Shown here one piece after another: positions 1 through 13,655 of a DNA stretch of 64,000 nt. Numbering within the stretch: the stretch's first letter is position 1; every line of letters starts with the position of its first letter. The position numbers and the translations under genes are program-made. This DNA comes from Eledone cirrhosa (taxonomy: Eukaryota): positions 26,660,001 through 26,724,000 of the forward strand of contig OZ024756.1 of the NCBI GenBank assembly GCA_964016885.1. Reading direction: 5' to 3'. Under the pieces are notes generated by a model, which worked only from the letters and a program-made list of their open reading frames with translations, searched no databases and was not told the DNA's origin.

Positions 1-31
1 TAATAGTTTAACAAAACACAATTGCATCCAG

Positions 32-1582
32 ATGGGTAAGAATACATACCACTGTGCTGTCTGTAGTAAAACATTCTCTCGTAGTAGTACATTAAAAACA
101 CACAAACTTATTCACACAGGAGAGAAACCATACCACTGTGATATCTGTGGTAAGTCATTCTATGACAATAATGGATTAACTGTCCACAAACGTGTTCACA
201 CAGGAGAGAAACCATACCACTGTGAAATATGTGGTATGTCCTTCTCGCGAAGTCATAGTGTAACTACACACAAACGTGTTCACACGGGAGAGAAACCATA
301 TCACTGTGATGTCTGTGGCAAATCTTTCTCCCAGAATAGTACGTTTACTGTCCACAAACGGATTCATACAGGAGAAAATCCATACCAATGTGATATCTGT
401 GGTAAATCATTTTCTTACAGTAGTGGATTAACTATACACAAACATGTTCACTTAAAAGAGAAACCATATCACTGTGATATCTGTGGTAAGTCATTCTCTT
501 GCAATAGTGGATTAACTACACACAAACGTGTTCACATAGGAGAGAAACCATATCACTGTGATATCTGTGGTAAAACATTCTCTCAAAGAGGTAATTTAAC
601 TCAACATGTACGTATCCACACTGGTGAGAACCCATACCACTGTGATGTCTGTGGTAAAACATTCGCACAGAAAGGTCCTTTAACACTTCATATACGTGGT
701 CACACAGGTGAGAGACCATATAGTTGTAACATTTGTGGAAAGTCATATGCTGACAATCAGAATTTAATTCGTCACAAATTTGTTCACGCAGGAAAGAAAC
801 CCTATCTCTGTAACGTCTGTGGTAAAGGATTCTATAACAATAGCGCATTAAATATACACAAACGGATTCACACAGGAGAAAATCCATACCACTGTGATAT
901 TTGTGGTAAATCATTCCCTTCCAATAGTAAATTAGCTGCCCACAAACGTGTTCATACTGGAGAGAAACCATACCACTGTGATATCTGTGGTAAAACATTC
1001 TCCCAAAGTAGTACAGCAAATAAACACAAACTTGTTCACACTGAAGAGAATCCATACACCTGTAACATCTGTGGTAAAACATTCTCACAGAGAGGTCATT
1101 TAACCCAACATGTACGTATCCACACAGGTGAGAGACCATATAGTTGTGATATTTGTGGCAAATCATATGCTGATATTCAGAATTTAAATCGTCACAAATA
1201 TGTTCACACAGGTGAAAAACCATATCATTGTGATGTCTGTGGTAAATCATTCTCTCGCAATAGTACATTTACTGTTCACAAACGTGTTCACACAGCAGAG
1301 AAACCATACCACTGTGATATCTGTGGTAAAACATTCTCTACCAATAGTGGATTAACTGCCCACATACGTGTTCACACAGGAGAGAAACCATACCACTGTG
1401 ATATTTGTGGTAATTCATTCTCTTCCAATAGTAAATTAACTACCCACAAACGTGTTCACACTGGAGAGAAACCATACCACTGTGATATATGTGGAAAAAC
1501 ATTCTCTTATAGTAGTACAGCAAATAAACACAAACTTGCTCACACTAGTGAGACACCACACCAGAAAGAGATCTGTGTTTAG
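32..1582 (+). CDS. Tandem C2H2 zinc-finger protein (18 fingers, 516 aa, no effector domain visible)
   Basis: Uninterrupted ORF with 18 CxxC-x12-HxxxH repeats and TGEKPY linkers. The start MGKNTYHC is homologous to the starts of the two minus-strand paralogs. The frame is also open to the window edge, so an upstream extension cannot be excluded. Confidence 0.92.
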   Translation: MGKNTYHCAVCSKTFSRSSTLKTHKLIHTGEKPYHCDICGKSFYDNNGLTVHKRVHTGEKPYHCEICGMSFSRSHSVTTHKRVHTGEKPYHCDVCGKSFSQNSTFTVHKRIHTGENPYQCDICGKSFSYSSGLTIHKHVHLKEKPYHCDICGKSFSCNSGLTTHKRVHIGEKPYHCDICGKTFSQRGNLTQHVRIHTGENPYHCDVCGKTFAQKGPLTLHIRGHTGERPYSCNICGKSYADNQNLIRHKFVHAGKKPYLCNVCGKGFYNNSALNIHKRIHTGENPYHCDICGKSFPSNSKLAAHKRVHTGEKPYHCDICGKTFSQSSTANKHKLVHTEENPYTCNICGKTFSQRGHLTQHVRIHTGERPYSCDICGKSYADIQNLNRHKYVHTGEKPYHCDVCGKSFSRNSTFTVHKRVHTAEKPYHCDICGKTFSTNSGLTAHIRVHTGEKPYHCDICGNSFSSNSKLTTHKRVHTGEKPYHCDICGKTFSYSSTANKHKLAHTSETPHQKEICV

Positions 1583-1863
1583 GCTTTCTTACAGAGCTCC
1601 TTTAATAATTTGGATACTAGGTCTCACAAGATAGAATCCATACCACTTTGACATCTGTGGTAAAACATTCCCATAGAAACGTCATTTAACCCAGCATCTA
1701 CATGGTCTCACAGGTGAGAGACTGTACAGAGGTGATATTTGTGGAAAATCATATGCTGACAATCAGAATTTAATTTGTCACAAATATGTTCACACGGGGG
1801 AAAAAACCATGTGATGTCTGTGGTAAAGGTTTCTCTGATGATAAGTGTTTCAATAATCATTAA
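1583..1863 (+). pseudogene. Decayed zinc-finger repeats in the 3' UTR of the first ZNF gene
   Basis: Finger-like codons with stops and frameshifts continue after the stop (e.g. gacatctgtggtaaaacattc, gatatttgtggaaaatcatatgct), ending in a DVCGKGFSDDKCF remnant homologous to the paralogs' C-terminus. Confidence 0.8.
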
Positions 1864-2714
1864 AGAAAGGTTCATATAATTGCTTCAAAATATATAGAGA
1901 ATTAATTTGAAGAGTTTGTCCAAATTACTCATTCATCAAGCCACAATGGGATTCCTGTGAGACAGCTGATACAATGAAAATATCCAGAACAGGACAGAAA
2001 ATTAACAAAAGCTATATTTTCATACTACAATATCTTTGTTGTTTTATCTCAGATAAACATGAGCCAGAAGTTTTCTTTAACTTTTATTACTAAATGTTCT
2101 TTAAAACGGTAATGGAACTCAATGGAGATTTACATGTGTCAGTGTTACCATTTATCTGGTAGAAGGTTGAGTAGATAACAAATGACGTAATAGTTTATTA
2201 TTACATGTTATATAAATATGTGATCTTTGCACTGATTTACTTTGGATTAACTTTATTACCCAGTCTAGTTACACAGACATTTGTCACTATTTTCATGTTA
2301 TGAACAGTTGACAGTTGTGTTTTGTGACTTTGAATTAAAATTACAATAAATATTCTGGAAAGACAGTTTCATCATTTATTTATTTCGTTTTAATATTGTG
2401 TATTTAGAAGATGGGTGATTTGTTATAAAAGTGTAAGTTCAATTGAAAGAATATTTCTTGTTAATTATTGTGTTTGAAATATTAAGTTGACACGGGAGTT
2501 GTGACATAGAAATGGGTGTGGAAATTGGAATGAGAAATATCTAAAAAGAGAATTGGAGCAGAGTAGAGTCTTAGACATTGTTAAACGAAAACATACTAGA
2601 AGTCAGTGATGAAATGTACAGTTTGAGCAAGACCTTATTTAAGCTGTATACAATGTAATGGTGAAATATTGAGGTAGATAAGTTTATCAGAGGTAAGTCT
2701 CGAGTTTGAAAGTG

Positions 2715-3740
2715 TAATAATTTACTACATCCACTGTACCTATAGATTTTATTTCTAATAATTTACTACATCCACTGTGCCTATAGATTTTATTTCTAAT
2801 AATTTACTACATCCACTGTGCCTATAGATTTTATTTCTAATAATTTACTACATCCACTGTGCCTATAGATTTTATTTCTAATAATTTACTACATCCACTG
2901 TGCCTATAGATTTTATTTCTAATAATTTACTACATCCACTGTGCCTATAGATTTTATTTCTAATAATTTACTACATCCACTGTGCCTATAGATTTTATTT
3001 CTAATAATTTACTACATCCACTGTGCCTATAGATTTTATTTCTAATAATTTACTACATCCACTGTGCCTATAGATTTTATTTCTAATAATTTACTACATC
3101 CACTGTGCCTATAGATTTTATTTCTAATAATTTACTACATCCACTGTGCCTATAGATTTTATTTCTAATAATTTACTACATCCACTGTGCCTATAGATTT
3201 TATTTCTAATAATTTACTACATCCACTGTGCCTATAGATTTTATTTCTAATAATTTACTACACCCATTGTACCTATAGATTTTATTTCTAATAATTCACT
3301 ACACCCATTGTACCTAAAGATTTTATTTCTAATAATTCACTACACCCATTGTACCTAAAGATTTTATTTCTAATAATTCACTACACCTATTGTACCTATA
3401 GATTTTATTTCTAATAATTTACTACACCCATTGTACCTATAGATTTTATTTCCAATAATTTACTACACCCATTGTACCTATAGATTTTATTTCCAATAAT
3501 TTACTACACCCATTGTACCTATAGATTTTATTTCTAATAATTCACTACACCCGTTGTACCTATAGATTTTATTTCCAATAATTTACTACATCCGTTGTAC
3601 CTATAGATTTTATTTCTAATAATTCACTACACCCATTGTACCTATAGATTTTATTTCCAATAATTTACTACATCCGTTGTACCTAAAGATTTTATTTCCA
3701 ATAATTTACTACATCCGTTGTACGTATAGATTTAATTTCA
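2715..3740 (+). repeat. 41-bp tandem minisatellite, about 25 copies
   Basis: Unit taataatttactacatccactgtgcctatagattttatttc, period 41 (2715, 2756, ...). Confidence 0.97.
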
Positions 3741-3763
3741 ATAAATTATATGAAGTTTATCAT

Positions 3764-3924
3764 CCCGCACTGCAAGCAGCACATTGAGCTGGTGCTTATC
3801 CTGGTTTCATGGCGTGAAGTGACTGCAAGTACAAGACTTGCCCAGGACACCAGTTCGTTGTAGGAATTGAACCCACAACATAACGATCCTAAGTCCAACA
3901 CCCTTACCACTAGGCCATCACCAT
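3764..3924 (-). mobile_element. tRNA-derived SINE
   Basis: Minus strand has A box tggcctagtgg and B box ggttcaattcc. The segment is absent from the paralogous sequence near 16990. Confidence 0.75.
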
Positions 3925-4364
3925 TTGCAAAGAGAACAAATCAATTTAAATGTGTTGGGAAGAATATAAAATAAAGAAGAAAAGATATGCACACTTAATT
4001 ATACATTACAAGAGGAAGTGTTGGTGTTATTAAAGGAAGTTGAGGTAAGGTAAGGTAGATATAGCAATATCTGTAATGATAGCACAGATAAGGTGCTGGA
4101 GTAGCTAATCATATTTATGAGCATTGGTATACCTGGGTAATAGTGAGGTCAAAATGCTAGACTAGTAGACATCATCACTAGTTTCACGTGATATTAAAGT
4201 ATGGCCAGGTGATAGCATGTCTAATGGGCTGGCATAGCTAAGCACCCTCACTAGTTTCCCCTGATACTAAAGAAAGGCTATGTGATAGTGTGTCTAAGGT
4301 GCTAGAATAGCTAACCACTCTTACTATCTTCACCAGATATTATAGTGAAGCCGGGTGTTTGTGC

Positions 4365-4620
4365 TTCCTATCATCACCACTATATCACAGTTTGTGGCCA
4401 TCATCTATAGTTATCTCACCAAATCCACTCCATCTGACTTCAGCCAACCCTAAGATAATCCATGTGTATCTGGCAAGTTCATGTGTGACTTCTTTCTTCC
4501 TTCTGCAAGCATACAAAGCTTGGATGTTCCATGCCCCAAAGATAGTATATTCTTTAGAAAGTTTGATTGCACACTGATCATCTCCACCCTGGGAAATAGC
4601 AGTGGAGAGCATGGCCATTG
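4365..4620 (-). mobile_element. LINE (RTE/CR1-like) AP-endonuclease N-terminal fragment
   Basis: Translation contains GAWNIQAL...ILGLAEVRWSGFGEI, matching the WN and GL.E.RW.G motifs of non-LTR endonucleases. Confidence 0.75.
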
Positions 4621-4897
4621 GTTTTCCAAGCCTCGACCGATCCGGCTAGTTATTTGACTGTTTATCTAACTATAAAATGTCTATAGTATCTATTTTACTT
4701 TACACAGCTTCCCATTTAAATACTTGATACTTGTATTTACTCACTTTCAATCCTGTCACTTACCTCTGATAACCTGGGCTACCTCAATATTCCACCATTA
4801 CAATCTATACAGCTTAAATAAGATCTTGCTCAAACTATACACTTAATCACAGGCTTGTAGTATGTTATCTACCTTAACATTTCACCATTACATTCTA

Positions 4898-5986
4898 TGA
4901 GGTGGTATCAAAAAGTCTCTGAACTAGCTCCATAGTGCCAATAGATAGCAGCACAGGGTTACACATGCAGTGATTGTTAGCTGTAACTGTCATAATTCAG
5001 TGTACCAAGTGACATCATTGTGTTTTCTTCATGTTCACATCTGTGTGCAAGTCTGCAATTATATCATGGACATCAAGTTGGAATGTGAAATTGTGTGTTA
5101 AACTTGGAAAATCGTACACAGAAACATTGAACATGCTTCAGCAAACTTACAGCCATGAGGCAATGGGTCATTGACAATGTTTTGAGTGATATGGGCGCTT
5201 CCAAAGTGGAAGAACATCCCTGGAAGACCTTCGACAAGCAGCAATCCCGGAAATGTTGAAAGAATTAGGACATTTGTGGATGAGGATTGTTGGAGGACAA
5301 TCAACTACTTTGCTAACATTGTTGTGTCATATGGGTCAGTGCAGGCAATTCTAACGTGTAAACTGAACATACGGCATGTTTTCAAAAAAAATTGTTTCGA
5401 AGTTTGCCAAGAACTTAAACTGAGTGCAGCGGATGAGCCATCATTAATGTCGAGGATTATCACCAGTGACAATTTGGGTTTACAGGTATGATCCAGACAC
5501 ACAGCAGCAGTCAACGCAATGGAAGAGTCCATCATCTCCACGACCGAAGAAGGCAAGATAAGTTGCAGTTCAAATCAAGAACATGCTCATCATCTTTTGC
5601 AATATCTGCAGCATTGTTCATCGAGAATTTGTCCCCAAGGTTCAGGCTGTCAAAAAAAAATGTTACTGCAAAGTTCTGAAGCATTTGAGGGTGAACATTT
5701 GGCAAAAGTAATTGGATCTGTGGCATGTGAAGAACATGATTCTCCACAATGATAAAACACGTAAAAATTAAGCTGAAAGGTCGTGAATTTAGCACCGTTG
5801 CTGAGATCCAGCACAAACTGCTTACAAAAGATTATTTTGAGGACACAATCCAAGAGTGGCCGAAACACTGGGATCAATGCATTGTTGCTCAAGGGGATAA
5901 TTTCAAAGGAGTGCTATTTAAACTTACGTACATAAAGTCCTTTTTTCATTAAAGAGCAAGTCTGGAAACCTTTTGATTCACCCTCA
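4898..5986 (+). mobile_element. Decayed mariner transposon
   Basis: Imperfect ~31-bp TIRs (tgaggtggtatcaaaaagtctctgaactagc versus the reverse complement of gcaagtctggaaaccttttgattcaccctca) with TA on both flanks. Broken transposase pieces: GRPSTS, SYGSVQAIL, RIITSD, YDPDTQQQSTQW, LKGREF, WPKHWDQCI. Confidence 0.88.
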
Positions 5987-6307
5987 TATACAGCTTACAT
6001 AAGGTATTGCTAAAACTGTATACTTAATCGTTGACTTGTAGCATGTTATTTTTTAACAATGTCCAAGACTACTCTTCTCTAATTCTCTTTTTAAATAGCT
6101 ATTTCTCATTCCAACTTCCACATCCATCTATATGTCACAGCACTAGTTAAAGAAAACTTCCTGAGATAAAACAACAAAGATATTGTAATATGAAAATATA
6201 GCTTTTGTCAATTTTCTGTTCTGTTCTGGATATTTTCATTGTATCAGCTGTCTTACAAGAATTCCATTGTGGCTTCATGAAATAATAATTCAAACAATTT
6301 TTTCATA

Positions 6308-7488
<1,181 letters not shown>

Positions 7489-8304
7489 CCGAATGCAATT
7501 GTTTTGTTAAACTATTACTCTCAAAGAAGGTTTTACCACATTTATCAGTGTGGCATGGATTGACACCAGGGTGCACACAATTATGTATGTTATTCAAGTA
7601 CATCTCCAGAATTATTTTCTTCAGATATCACAGTGATATGTTTTCTCACTTATGTGGCTATATATGTGTATAGTTAATCAAGTACATCAAGAAAATTATT
7701 CAAGAGAATTATTTTCTTCAGATATCACAGAAATCACTATAGTATAGTTTATCACCAGTGAAATTATATTTGTAATTTGTCTGGATATTTTCACATTAAT
7801 ATCACAGAAGTATTATCCTTCTATAACCTCAATTTAAAATTCACACCAACTTAATCAAGGTTATAGAGAAGAATTATTTAAGATCTTGATAAAGTCACTC
7901 TTCTGGTCTCAAAATCTGCGAAGTTACTTGATATATCTTGTATCAACATTTACAATTTCAATGTCACCACAAAACCTGAAATAAAAAAACAAAAAACTGA
8001 GAGTAATATCTAATAGCTAAGAGATTAGGCACCAGGTTTACTTGGGGAGAGGTAGAATATTTCTGAGATATATTTAGTGTAACACAGACTGTGACATGGC
8101 TTACACTTTGAAAGACAGAAACAACACATCTTTGCTAGCTGAGTCAACTGGAGCGACGGAGTAAAGTGTCTTGCTCAACGGCACAACATGCAACCTATGA
8201 GTTGGCCATCAAGCTAGCTATACCTTGACCACAAAGCCACGCTCTTTCACACAGGCAGAAACATGGTGAAAACATAGATTGTGTAGGAGGGATGTTATCT
8301 GCGG

Positions 8305-9320
8305 TGACCCACCACAACCCCTTCGTATTCCTGAAAAAAGACAATTGCGATCATCTTGGAGGTCAAATTAGTTGATAGCACATTAAAAATACTATGGAAA
8401 ATATTTTTTTCCCTTAAAATCGAGTGCGTGTTCATTTATAAATTTACCAAAACATGGTGAAAACATAGATTGTGGATGTCTTAAATATATGAAGACTCAC
8501 TACAAACTAATTTCGTTGAAATGATACTTAGCTGACAAAGAGAACATTAAGACAATATGTCTGATTAGAGATTAAAGTTGAATGTAAACAAAGGCTGTTG
8601 TTACAGTAGAAATAATAAAATGTATTTAACATCAGACAAACTTACTGTGTCTTTCTCGTTTTTTAGTGAAATGATTTTGAGATGAAAGTTGTTTATGAAT
8701 TAACGTACTGCTTTAATATGACTGAATTTTCTATTTAATTATCAGCCGTAGTTTCGTAAAAGAACTGTCGTTCTAGTTATCTTCCCTTTAGTTATCCAAT
8801 AACACAGGACAGGGTATGTATTTAAATCAATGTTGTATATAATTTGTTTATTGTTAATAAATATATAGCATGGTCTTACTCTTTGTTCTTGTTTTAGTGA
8901 TAAATGATGATTTCATCCATGGCTGGACGTAATAAATTTGTGAAACACATCGAATTTATTCACTAAATTACATTCGTCAGTTTGTGACTGTCTAGAATTT
9001 AGTGGAAGAGATTATTGCAGCAACGAAATTCTTGATATTATTAATGGCTTAGTATCAGGTGAAGCTAGGGAGACTGGTTAACTATTCCACACCCTATCAA
9101 ATGGCCTTACTTTATAATGTTAAGCTAGTGTGAGTGTCGGCTATTCTAGCATTTTGGCTTCACTATTACCTAGGAATACTAATGCTCATAAATATGATTA
9201 GCTACTCCAACACCTTGTCTGTGCTATTAATCACAGATCTTGCCATATCTGCCTTACCTTACCTCAACTTTGTTTAGCACCAGCATTCCCTCTTATAATG
9301 TATAATTAAGTGTATATACC
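8305..9320 (+). repeat. Local segmental duplication, copy of about 15815-16935
   Basis: Colinear similarity (accacaaccccttcgtattcctg vs accacagccccttcgttttcctg, continuing to tataattaagtgt). Part of it is also present inverted at about 3925-4160. Confidence 0.85.
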
Positions 9321-10614
9321 TTTCACCACCTCTGTCCAGGTCTTCCTTCCATTTCCTCACCAGTGATCATCATATGTCCATACAAACAGTCTTCTTACAC
9401 CACTTCGGATTCCTCTTTAATCCGGTTTCTCTCTCAATTCATCTCTGCTCTTTTTTGCCTTTACATTTCACAAAGCGTGGTTCCATCATTTCTTTCCAGT
9501 CTATGCATGTAGTCACAAATATGAGACATTGTTCCACTACCATGCAGCATCACACTTCACAGTCTTCCTTTTGTATGTAGGGAGAAACCTTTTGTTGTCA
9601 ACAGTAGAAGTAGCTCTCTAAACTTCTTCCTTATTCTAGCTCTTATACTCTTAAGAGAGTTTGTCTTTGCTGCTGAGTTTATACCTTTTCCTTTTCTACA
9701 TATTGAGTACAGCCACTTTCCTGAGGAAATTAGGGTCCCATTCTCTATTTAAATAGATATTTCTCATTCCAACTTCCACATCCATAACTGTCATGTCAAC
9801 TAAATATTTCAAACAATAATTTACAAGAAATATTCTTTCAATTGAACTTACACTTTTATAACAAATCAGCCATCTTCTAAATGCACTAAATTAAAACTGA
9901 AGAAATTAATGATGAAACTGTCTTTCCAGATTATTTATTGTAATAAATGCAATCTTGGGAATAAATACATTTTCTCCTTGATGAATGCCTCCAAGAATAG
10001 TGATCTCTAGAAGATGGTTCATCATCATCCTAGCTGTAAAGTGTGTATCATTGCAGGTCTATGTTTCTCAAAAGGACGATAGAAATTTCAATATTTTATT
10101 TTATATGTAGATATAGATAATTGTATATAAATGTGTGTGTGTGTGTTCAAATTGAGTGTATCTGATTAAGTATTTATGTGAAGATGTGTGTATGTAACTT
10201 ACTAAGGCCTAACGTACGTAACAAATGTGCAATCACACACACTCATATACAAAATATGACGATGTCGTGTCAAAATATCCATTTACTTATAGTTGTCTAT
10301 TAGATTATTTTAGATAAAGTGTTATATTGTTTTAATCCAAATGAAAATATGTTGACACTCCCTTGTAAAAGATTTGGTCAAACTGTTTGGGAATGCATAA
10401 AGAAAAGAAAGAGACAAAGAATTTTATAAAAAGAGATTTTGTAAGAAAACTTCCAGCTCAGGTTTATCTGAGATAAAACAACACAGGTATTGTAGTATAA
10501 AAATATAGCTTTTGTCAATTTTCTGCCTTGCTCTTGATATTTTCATTGTATCAGCTGTCTTACAAGAATTCCATTGTGGCTTCATGAAATAATAATTTAA
10601 ACAAATTCTTCATA

Positions 10615-11928
10615 TTAATTCTCATATTTTATTGGTTCATTTTCATGAAACTTTTTTTTATTATTTTTATGATTAATGAAACACTTATGTTTAATGAAAC
10701 ACTTATTATTAGAGAAGCCTTTATCACAGACATCGCAATGATATTGTTTTTCACCTGTGTGAACATTTTTGTGATGAACTAAACTCTGATTGTTTGTGTA
10801 CGATTTACCACAAATATCACAGCTATATGATTTCTCACCACTGAAATGTACATGATGAGTTAAATGACCTTTCTGGGTGAATGTTTTACCACAGACATCA
10901 CAGTGGTATGGAGTTTCACCTGTGTGGATACGTAGATGTAGTGTTAAATTACCTTTCTGAGAGAATGCTTTTCCACAGATATCACAGCGGTATGGTTTCT
11001 CTCCTGTGTGAACTCGTTTGTGGACAGTTACTTTACTTTTGGAAGAGAATCCATTCCCACAAATATCACAGCGGTATGGTTTCTCCTCTGTATGAAGAGA
11101 CTTGTGGTAAGTCAATGAACGTCTGTCAGCAAATGATTGACCACAGATGTCACATTTGTATGGTTTCTCTGTGTGAACTCGTTTGTGAATAGTAGCTGAA
11201 CTACTATCAGAGAATGACTTTCCACAGATGTAACAGCTGTATGGTTTCTCTCCTGTGTGACTACGTATGTGACGAATTAATTTCTGACTCTCAGCAAAGG
11301 ATTTACCACAATTATCACAACTGTATGGTCTCTCACCTGTGTGACTACGTATATGTTGAGTTAAATGACCTTTCTGTGAGAATGTTTTACCACAGATATC
11401 ACAGTGGTATGGTTTCTCCCCTGTATGAATACGTTTGTGTTTAGTTACTGAACTACTATCTGAGAATGTTTTACCACAGATATTACAACTGTATGGTTTC
11501 TCTCCTGTGTGAATACGTACGTGTGTAGTTAATGCAAAACTTCGAGCGAATGAGCTACCACAGATACCACAGTGGTATGGTTTCTCTCTTGTGTGAACAC
11601 GTTTGTGGAAAATTATTCCAGTCCTATCAGCGAATGATTGATCACACATATCACAATCATATGGTTTCTCTCCTGTGTGAACACGTTTGTGTCTCTGTAA
11701 TAAAGTAGGAAAAGAGAAACTTTTACCACAGATATCACAGTGGTATGGTTTCTCTCCTGTATGCACACGCTTGTGCATAATGAGTGAACTATTGCTAGAG
11801 ATTGATTTACCACAGATATCACAGTGGTATGGTTTCTCTCCAGTGTGAATAACTTTGTGCTCTTTTAATGTACTACTATCAGAGAATGTTTTACTACAGA
11901 AAACACAGTGGTATGTGTTCTTATCCAT
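10615..11928 (-). CDS. Tandem C2H2 zinc-finger protein (about 15 fingers, 13 canonical; 437 aa)
   Basis: Intact ORF. The first ATG (MDKNTYHC) at 11928 is homologous to the paralog starts, and the ORF-track GTG at 12006 is not used. Terminal-exon acceptor tttcag at 12927. Confidence 0.9.
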   Translation of the reverse strand: MDKNTYHCVFCSKTFSDSSTLKEHKVIHTGEKPYHCDICGKSISSNSSLIMHKRVHTGEKPYHCDICGKSFSFPTLLQRHKRVHTGEKPYDCDMCDQSFADRTGIIFHKRVHTREKPYHCGICGSSFARSFALTTHVRIHTGEKPYSCNICGKTFSDSSSVTKHKRIHTGEKPYHCDICGKTFSQKGHLTQHIRSHTGERPYSCDNCGKSFAESQKLIRHIRSHTGEKPYSCYICGKSFSDSSSATIHKRVHTEKPYKCDICGQSFADRRSLTYHKSLHTEEKPYRCDICGNGFSSKSKVTVHKRVHTGEKPYRCDICGKAFSQKGNLTLHLRIHTGETPYHCDVCGKTFTQKGHLTHHVHFSGEKSYSCDICGKSYTNNQSLVHHKNVHTGEKQYHCDVCDKGFSNNKCFIKHKCFINHKNNKKKFHENEPIKYEN

Positions 11929-12760
11929 CTGAATGCAATTGTGTTTTGTTAAACTATTACACTCAAAGAAGGTTTTACCACATTTATCAGTGGAATGTTT
12001 TCTCACCAGTGTGTAATCGTGTATAATTAATCAACTACAACTAGACAATTATTTTCTACATTTATCACAGTGGTATTGTTTTGTCAGCTGTGTGGCTATG
12101 TATGTATATAGTTAATTAAGTACAGCTATATATTTATCTTCTACAGATACAGTGGTACATTTTCTCACCTGTGTGGCTATATATGTGTATGGTTAATCAA
12201 GTACATCCAGACAATTATTTTCTACAGATATCAGTGGTATTGTTTTGTCACCTGTGTGGCCACATATATGTATAGTTAATCAAGTACATCTAGATAATTA
12301 TTTTCTATAGATACACAATGGCATGTGTTTAGTTAATCCATTTTCAGCACTGAATATTTTCCCACAGATATTACAATGATATGCTTTCTTCCCTGTCTGA
12401 AGTTGTTTATCAATGATCAAACTCAGTCATTCAGAAAATACTTTCACACATATCATAGTTGTATGGTATCTCACCTGTGTGTATACATACATTATTTGTT
12501 AAATGACCATTTTGAGAGAATGTTTCACCACAGATATCAAAGCGGTATGGTTTTTTATGTGTTTTTCACCAGTGTGTAGTTAATGCAATACTTTTAGGAA
12601 ATTATTTTCTACAAATATTACAGTGGTATTGTTTCTCACCACTATGTAAGTTGATGCGTCTATTTAATCCAATACTTTCAAAGAATGTTTTCCCACAGAG
12701 ATCACTATAGTATGGTCTATCAACAGTGTGAGTATATTTGTAATTTGTCTGGCGATTTCT
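11929..12760 (-). pseudogene. Decayed zinc-finger repeats in the 5' UTR of the intact minus-strand ZNF gene
   Basis: Repeated degenerate ggtgagaaa..taccactgt..tgtagaaaa units with stops, lying between the acceptor at 12927 and the ATG. An equivalent but shorter tract lies at 7489-7800. Confidence 0.75.
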
Positions 12761-13289
12761 GTCACAAAATATTTCCACTTTAATATCACAGAAGTATTAT
12801 CTTTCTATAACCTCAATTTAAAATTTACACCAACTTAATCAAGGTTATAGAGAATCATTTTTTAAGATCTTGATAATGTCACTCTTCTGGTCTCAAAATC
12901 TGCGAAGTTACTTGATATATACAAGACCTGAAACAGACAAAAATATATGAACAGTTAACATAAAAGTTATTAAAGTGGGGATATCTTAATTAGATATATT
13001 GAATGTTAGATTAAGAAAGAAAGATCAGAAAAGTATCTAGAGGAAAGACAACAACATTATAGATATATGGTGTAAATATATGATGTGATGTGTGGATGAT
13101 AGATTTTAGATAGGAGAAATAATGAAACACTCTGATGGAGAAAGAATACAGACATTGTAGAAATATATTGACACTGCTGTCTTGATGTAGTGGTGGTGGT
13201 GTTGGTAGTATGGTGGCATTGACAGTGGTGATAGAGGTATAGTGATGGCATTGATAGTTTTGCAGTGGAATGATAGGGACCCCAGTCCC

Positions 13290-13438
13290 TATCATCTCAG
13301 TTCTACAGCTGAGTAAACTGGAGCAATGTGAAATAAAGTGTCTTGCTCAAGGAAACAACACATCACCCGATCTGAGAATTGAACTCACAACCTTTCAATT
13401 GCAAGGCCAATGCTCTAACCACTAAGCCATGTGCCTCC
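13290..13438 (-). mobile_element. CORE-type tRNA SINE (other copies at about 8110-8250, 19730-19872, 22875-23125, 27797-27900, 53300-53625)
   Basis: tRNA head tggcttagtggttagagc...gagttcaattc followed by the CORE-like motif ccttgagcaagacacttt. Confidence 0.75.
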
Positions 13439-13457
13439 CATATTAATATATATATTA

Positions 13458-13655
13458 GGTAACACGGTAAAAAGCTCCCAGTCTACACTGTAAATGTGGT
13501 TGGTGTTAGGAAGGGCATCCAGCCGTAGAAAACCTACCAGATAGTCCTACACGAGCGAGACATGGTCACCTAATCTATCTTGCCTCAAGTGGGACAATTC
13601 CCCTCTAATCCATGCTAAGCATGGAAAATAGACGTTAAACGATGATGATGATGAT
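13458..13655 (+). mobile_element. SINE 3' part with RTE-like tail (many copies, e.g. 18045-18310, 37235-37490, 40850-41075, 45010-45240, 58795-59340, 60645-60880)
   Basis: Recurrent ggttggtgttaggaagggcatccagccgtagaa...gcatggaaaatagacgttaaacgatgatgatg, with the tail shared with RTE LINE ends in this window. Confidence 0.75.

Noticed and set aside
516-1268. 250-aa antisense ORF and similar [12 protein letters not shown] ORFs opposite the ZNF genes
   Set aside because: Shadow ORFs produced by the periodic codon structure of C2H2 arrays.
2715-3740. Regular repeat array resembling CRISPR
   Set aside because: No unique spacers, eukaryotic context and no cas genes; it is a minisatellite.
11929-12006. 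N-terminal extension from GTG in the ORF track
   Set aside because: Non-ATG start within decayed fingers; the paralogs share the downstream ATG.
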